From assembly GCA_005798825.1 (NCBI GenBank), contig SYIL01000018.1, positions 43,943-107,942 on the forward strand: 64,000 bases of DNA. Direction: 5' to 3'. Below the pieces are notes generated by a model. That model had not been told where the DNA came from and made no database searches. It worked only from the letters and a program-made list of their open reading frames with translations. Both the position numbers and the translations under genes were made by a program. This document shows positions 61,202 to 64,000 of the stretch, piece after piece (the first letter of the stretch is position 1; every line of letters starts with the position of its first letter). This DNA is from Bacteroidota bacterium. GTDB taxonomy: Bacteria > Bacteroidota > Bacteroidia > NS11-12g > UBA955.

Positions 61202-62204
61202 ATTGGCTACTATTGAGCATACACAATGCCGTTTCAACCATGTTTTTTGAGCCAATAAATAGGGGTGTCCTTTGGTGCAATTTGGTGGGACTAATATCCA
61301 ATATTCTGCCCTTCCCTGAACTCGCCAAACCCCCAGCCTGCTCGATCAAAAAAGCCATGGCATTGCATTCATACAACAAACGCAATTTCCCGTTTGGAGC
61401 AGAAAATGTGGCTGGATAGATGAAAATACCACCTTTGAGAAGATTGCGGTGAAAATCAGCGATTAAACTTCCAATATATCGGGCTGTATAAGGCCTCGAA
61501 CTATCTTTGTCTTTTGCTTTGCAAAAAGCAATATAATCCTTTACTCCTTGTGAAAATTCATCTTGATTTCCTTCATTTAAACTAAAAATTTTACCGTCAG
61601 CGGGTATTTGAATAGTGGGATGTGAAAGACAAAATTCTTGAATACTATCATCTAGGGTAAATCCATTAACACCGATTCCAGTCGTATATACAAGCATTGT
61701 ACTGGATCCATAAATAAAATATCCCGCTGCAACTTGGTCCTTTCCTTTTTGCAAACAGTCTTCTGTACAAGGAGACAAATGATTTTTTTTTCGTTGGTAA
61801 ATCGAGAAAATGGAACCAATACTGGCATTGACATCAATATTACTGCTGCCGTCCAAGGGGTCAATCGCCACAATATATTTTTTGGAATCAGCGCCCTCGA
61901 CAAAGAAAATATCTTCATTCTCTTCACTAATAATCATGCACACTTCTCCACTTCTTGCCAAGGTTGAAATGAACATATTATTGGCTATAACATCCAGCTT
62001 TTTTTGTTCCTCTCCTTGAATATTACTGGTTCCGTAACTACCCAAAATGTCTGCTAATCCTGCCTTACGCACATCGCGATTTACCATTTTAGCAGCCAAT
62101 TCAAGCGCGCGAAAAATTTTACTCAAAGAACCCTCAGCATCCTTATACAATGACTGCTGGTCTACAATATATTGTTCGAGGGTGATAACTTTAGAATAGG
62201 GCAT
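61182..62204 (-). CDS. fbp: Fructose-1,6-bisphosphatase class 1
   Basis: 340 aa. It has …[26 protein letters not shown]… and …[21 protein letters not shown]…. Confidence 0.9.
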   Translation of the reverse strand: MPYSKVITLEQYIVDQQSLYKDAEGSLSKIFRALELAAKMVNRDVRKAGLADILGSYGTSNIQGEEQKKLDVIANNMFISTLARSGEVCMIISEENEDIFFVEGADSKKYIVAIDPLDGSSNIDVNASIGSIFSIYQRKKNHLSPCTEDCLQKGKDQVAAGYFIYGSSTMLVYTTGIGVNGFTLDDSIQEFCLSHPTIQIPADGKIFSLNEGNQDEFSQGVKDYIAFCKAKDKDSSRPYTARYIGSLIADFHRNLLKGGIFIYPATFSAPNGKLRLLYECNAMAFLIEQAGGLASSGKGRILDISPTKLHQRTPLFIGSKNMVETALCMLNSSQSSETLA

Positions 62205-62283
62205 AACAAGAATGAGGACAATTGGTATTTATTTTGCAAAACAACGCAAAAAATTTCAATTAATCGACTCCAAGAAAATACCC

Positions 62284-63576
62284 ATGAAAATATTCAAATT
62301 TGGAGGAGCCTCCATCAAAGATGCCGAAGGGTTTAAAAATGTTTCCACTATCATTAAAGCACATGAATCTGAGTCCTTGTTGATCGTAATTAGTGCGATT
62401 GGTAAAACAACCAATGCCCTAGAATCTGTTATCAAACATTGTTATGCAAAAAACAATCAAGTACATCATGCCTTTCAAACCATCGTTGATGACCATAATA
62501 AAATTGCCAAAATACTGTTTGAAAGCGGTCATTTGGCCATAAAAAATGCACTGGAAACACTGTATGTTGAACTAGAGAACTGTATTCAATCGTCTCATTT
62601 ACAGAAAGATTACGATGCACTTTACGATCAAATTATTGTGTACGGCGAATTAATGGCCTCGACTATTATGAGCCATTATTTAACTACCCAATCCATCAAA
62701 AACCAATGGATTGACGCAAGAGATTATATCATTACAGACCAGCGTTACCGCGATGCCCGAATTCAATGGGTTGAAACAGCTGAACTGATAAACACTACTT
62801 TGGGTCCCATTGCTGAAAAAGATTTGGTGATTACCCAAGGATTTATTGGGCGAAGTGTGGGAGGTGAAACCACCACTTTGGGCAGAGAAGGCAGTGATTA
62901 CAGTGCCGCAATATTTGGAAGTTTATTGGGCGCAGATAGCATTAGCATATGGAAAGACGTGGTTGGGGTAATGAATGCCGATCCCAACAAATTTTCCAAC
63001 GCAGAATTAATCAAAGAATTATCTTATAACGATGCGATTGAATTGGCCTATTATGGTGCATCAGTAATTCATCCCAAAACCATACAACCCCTCAAAGCCA
63101 AAGGAATACCATTGTATGTAAGATCCTTTATTGATGTGAACGAACCGGGGACTAAAGTTAGCGCTCAGAGCAAACCCATTACCATTTCCTGCAAAATTCA
63201 CAAAGACAATCAAATACTACTAGAAATTAGAACCCGAGATTTCACATTTATTGCCGAAGACCATCTAAAACAAATTTTTCAATTATTGTCAGAAAATAAC
63301 ATGCGCTGCAACCTCATGCAAAATTCGGCCATTTGTTTCCGTTGTGTTTTGGATAGCAAGGAAAATCAACACCTGGCCTTAATCCAGCAATTGGAATTTC
63401 TGGGTTTAGATGCAACTTGCCAAAGCAACCTAGAATTAATCAGTATTTACAATACAAACAGCTCGTTTAATAAAGAAGAAGACATTGGCAATAAGGATAT
63501 TGTTCTTCAACAAAACATGGGTAAATCCATACATTATTTGGTCAGAAAACCAATCAATACCGATTTGAAAAATTAA
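62284..63576 (+). CDS. lysC: Aspartate kinase
   Basis: The track ORF starts at 62212. The conserved N-terminus MKIFKFGGASIKD begins at the ATG at 62284. It has an amino-acid kinase fold and C-terminal ACT repeats. Confidence 0.85.
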   Translation: MKIFKFGGASIKDAEGFKNVSTIIKAHESESLLIVISAIGKTTNALESVIKHCYAKNNQVHHAFQTIVDDHNKIAKILFESGHLAIKNALETLYVELENCIQSSHLQKDYDALYDQIIVYGELMASTIMSHYLTTQSIKNQWIDARDYIITDQRYRDARIQWVETAELINTTLGPIAEKDLVITQGFIGRSVGGETTTLGREGSDYSAAIFGSLLGADSISIWKDVVGVMNADPNKFSNAELIKELSYNDAIELAYYGASVIHPKTIQPLKAKGIPLYVRSFIDVNEPGTKVSAQSKPITISCKIHKDNQILLEIRTRDFTFIAEDHLKQIFQLLSENNMRCNLMQNSAICFRCVLDSKENQHLALIQQLEFLGLDATCQSNLELISIYNTNSSFNKEEDIGNKDIVLQQNMGKSIHYLVRKPINTDLKN

Positions 63577-63637
63577 GTTGGGCTCAGCATTGATCTAATT
63601 TAGCTCCTTAAAGCAAATTACTTCTACCCATTAAGAA

Positions 63638-64000
63638 TTATTCTCTAACCCTTAATCGACGGCCTACCTCAATCTGATTCCCATCCATATTATTCCACTT
63701 TTTGATTGTTTCAATCCCCACAGAATACAAACGAGACAGTGCAAAAAGTGTTTCCCCGGGCTGAACAAAATGGTATCTCTTCAATGATGACTCTCTAGAC
63801 ATTGTATAATTCACAGGGTTTTGTACATACAAACTACTGCCGATTTGGATTGGTTTGCCCAATAAATGATTCCATTCAATCAAGGAATCCAAAGAAATGT
63901 GCTGCTCTTTAGAAATACTGTACAAGGTTTCTCCTTTGCGAACAGTATGCAAGGTTGGTAGGGGATCATTCTCAATTTTATTCGAGGGGTCAGGTTTGGG
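63638..64000 (-). CDS. LysM peptidoglycan-binding domain protein, 3' part; N-terminus lies beyond the window end
   Basis: It has two LysM repeats (…HTVRKGETLYSISKEQHISLDSLIEWN… and …HFVQPGETLFALSRLYSVGIETIKKWNN…). The reading frame stays open past position 64000. Confidence 0.6.
   Translation of the reverse strand, partial: PKPDPSNKIENDPLPTLHTVRKGETLYSISKEQHISLDSLIEWNHLLGKPIQIGSSLYVQNPVNYTMSRESSLKRYHFVQPGETLFALSRLYSVGIETIKKWNNMDGNQIEVGRRLRVRE

Noticed and set aside
62205-62283. A lysine (L-box) riboswitch might precede aspartate kinase. Likewise a THF riboswitch might precede folD or a B12 riboswitch might precede the PBP or hmuY genes.
   Set aside because: The available leaders are about 80 nt, 33 nt, 87 nt and 173 nt. 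All are too short or lack the conserved boxes, for example there is no GCCACTG B12 box upstream of 55999.
1-64000. I looked for a mobile element, genomic island, CRISPR array or defence system.
   Set aside because: No transposase, integrase, recombinase, phage, restriction-modification, Cas or toxin-antitoxin-like ORF was found. I saw no long direct or inverted repeat. Composition looks uniform. The window appears to be core chromosome.

Overview
This window looks like a contiguous, gene-dense, mostly core chromosomal segment of a Bacteroidota bacterium, and I see no clear-cut novel system in it. The lineage carries gliding-motility/T9SS genes and resembles Cytophagia, Saprospiria or Flavobacteriia. 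GC content is about 40% by eye and I see no compositional break. I support about 47 protein-coding genes. I found no rRNA, tRNA, CRISPR array, transposase, integrase or phage gene. Gene content falls into five groups. (1) Housekeeping: secDF, purL, a PolX-family protein, tsaD, meaB, ychF, glmM, folD, queE, mutS2, yggS, dnaN, ftsB, recO, lgt, mtaB, fbp, aspartate kinase, uppP and ftsX. (2) Bacteroidota-specific DUF proteins: DUF3098, DUF4159, DUF3127, DUF4296 and DUF4294. (3) Five predicted T9SS substrates: two with type-B (CHU_C/gliding) C-terminal domains, including a 1162-aa SprB-like protein followed by its PorP/SprF gene, and three with type-A domains. (4) Envelope proteins: a TamB-like 1490-aa protein, a MacB-type permease, a TonB-dependent receptor flanked by two HmuY-like genes, and an ABC importer PBP and permease with no ATPase. 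(5) An ECF sigma factor with an envelope-spanning partner, a Pif1-family helicase, and a eukaryote-type bifunctional formimidoyltransferase-cyclodeaminase. The most interesting items are: a PolX whose polymerase catalytic aspartates appear replaced; a PorP/SprF protein with a SPOR-like C-terminal extension; the ECF sigma partner that combines an inner-membrane helix with a C-terminal beta-barrel-like domain; the hmuY-receptor-hmuY locus; and several convergent gene pairs with zero or negative spacing. Coordinates come from the supplied ORF track, which also uses GTG/TTG starts. Where a signal peptide or a conserved N-terminus indicated it, I moved starts to in-frame internal start codons by whole-codon offsets. 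My own base counting inside homopolymers may be off by one.
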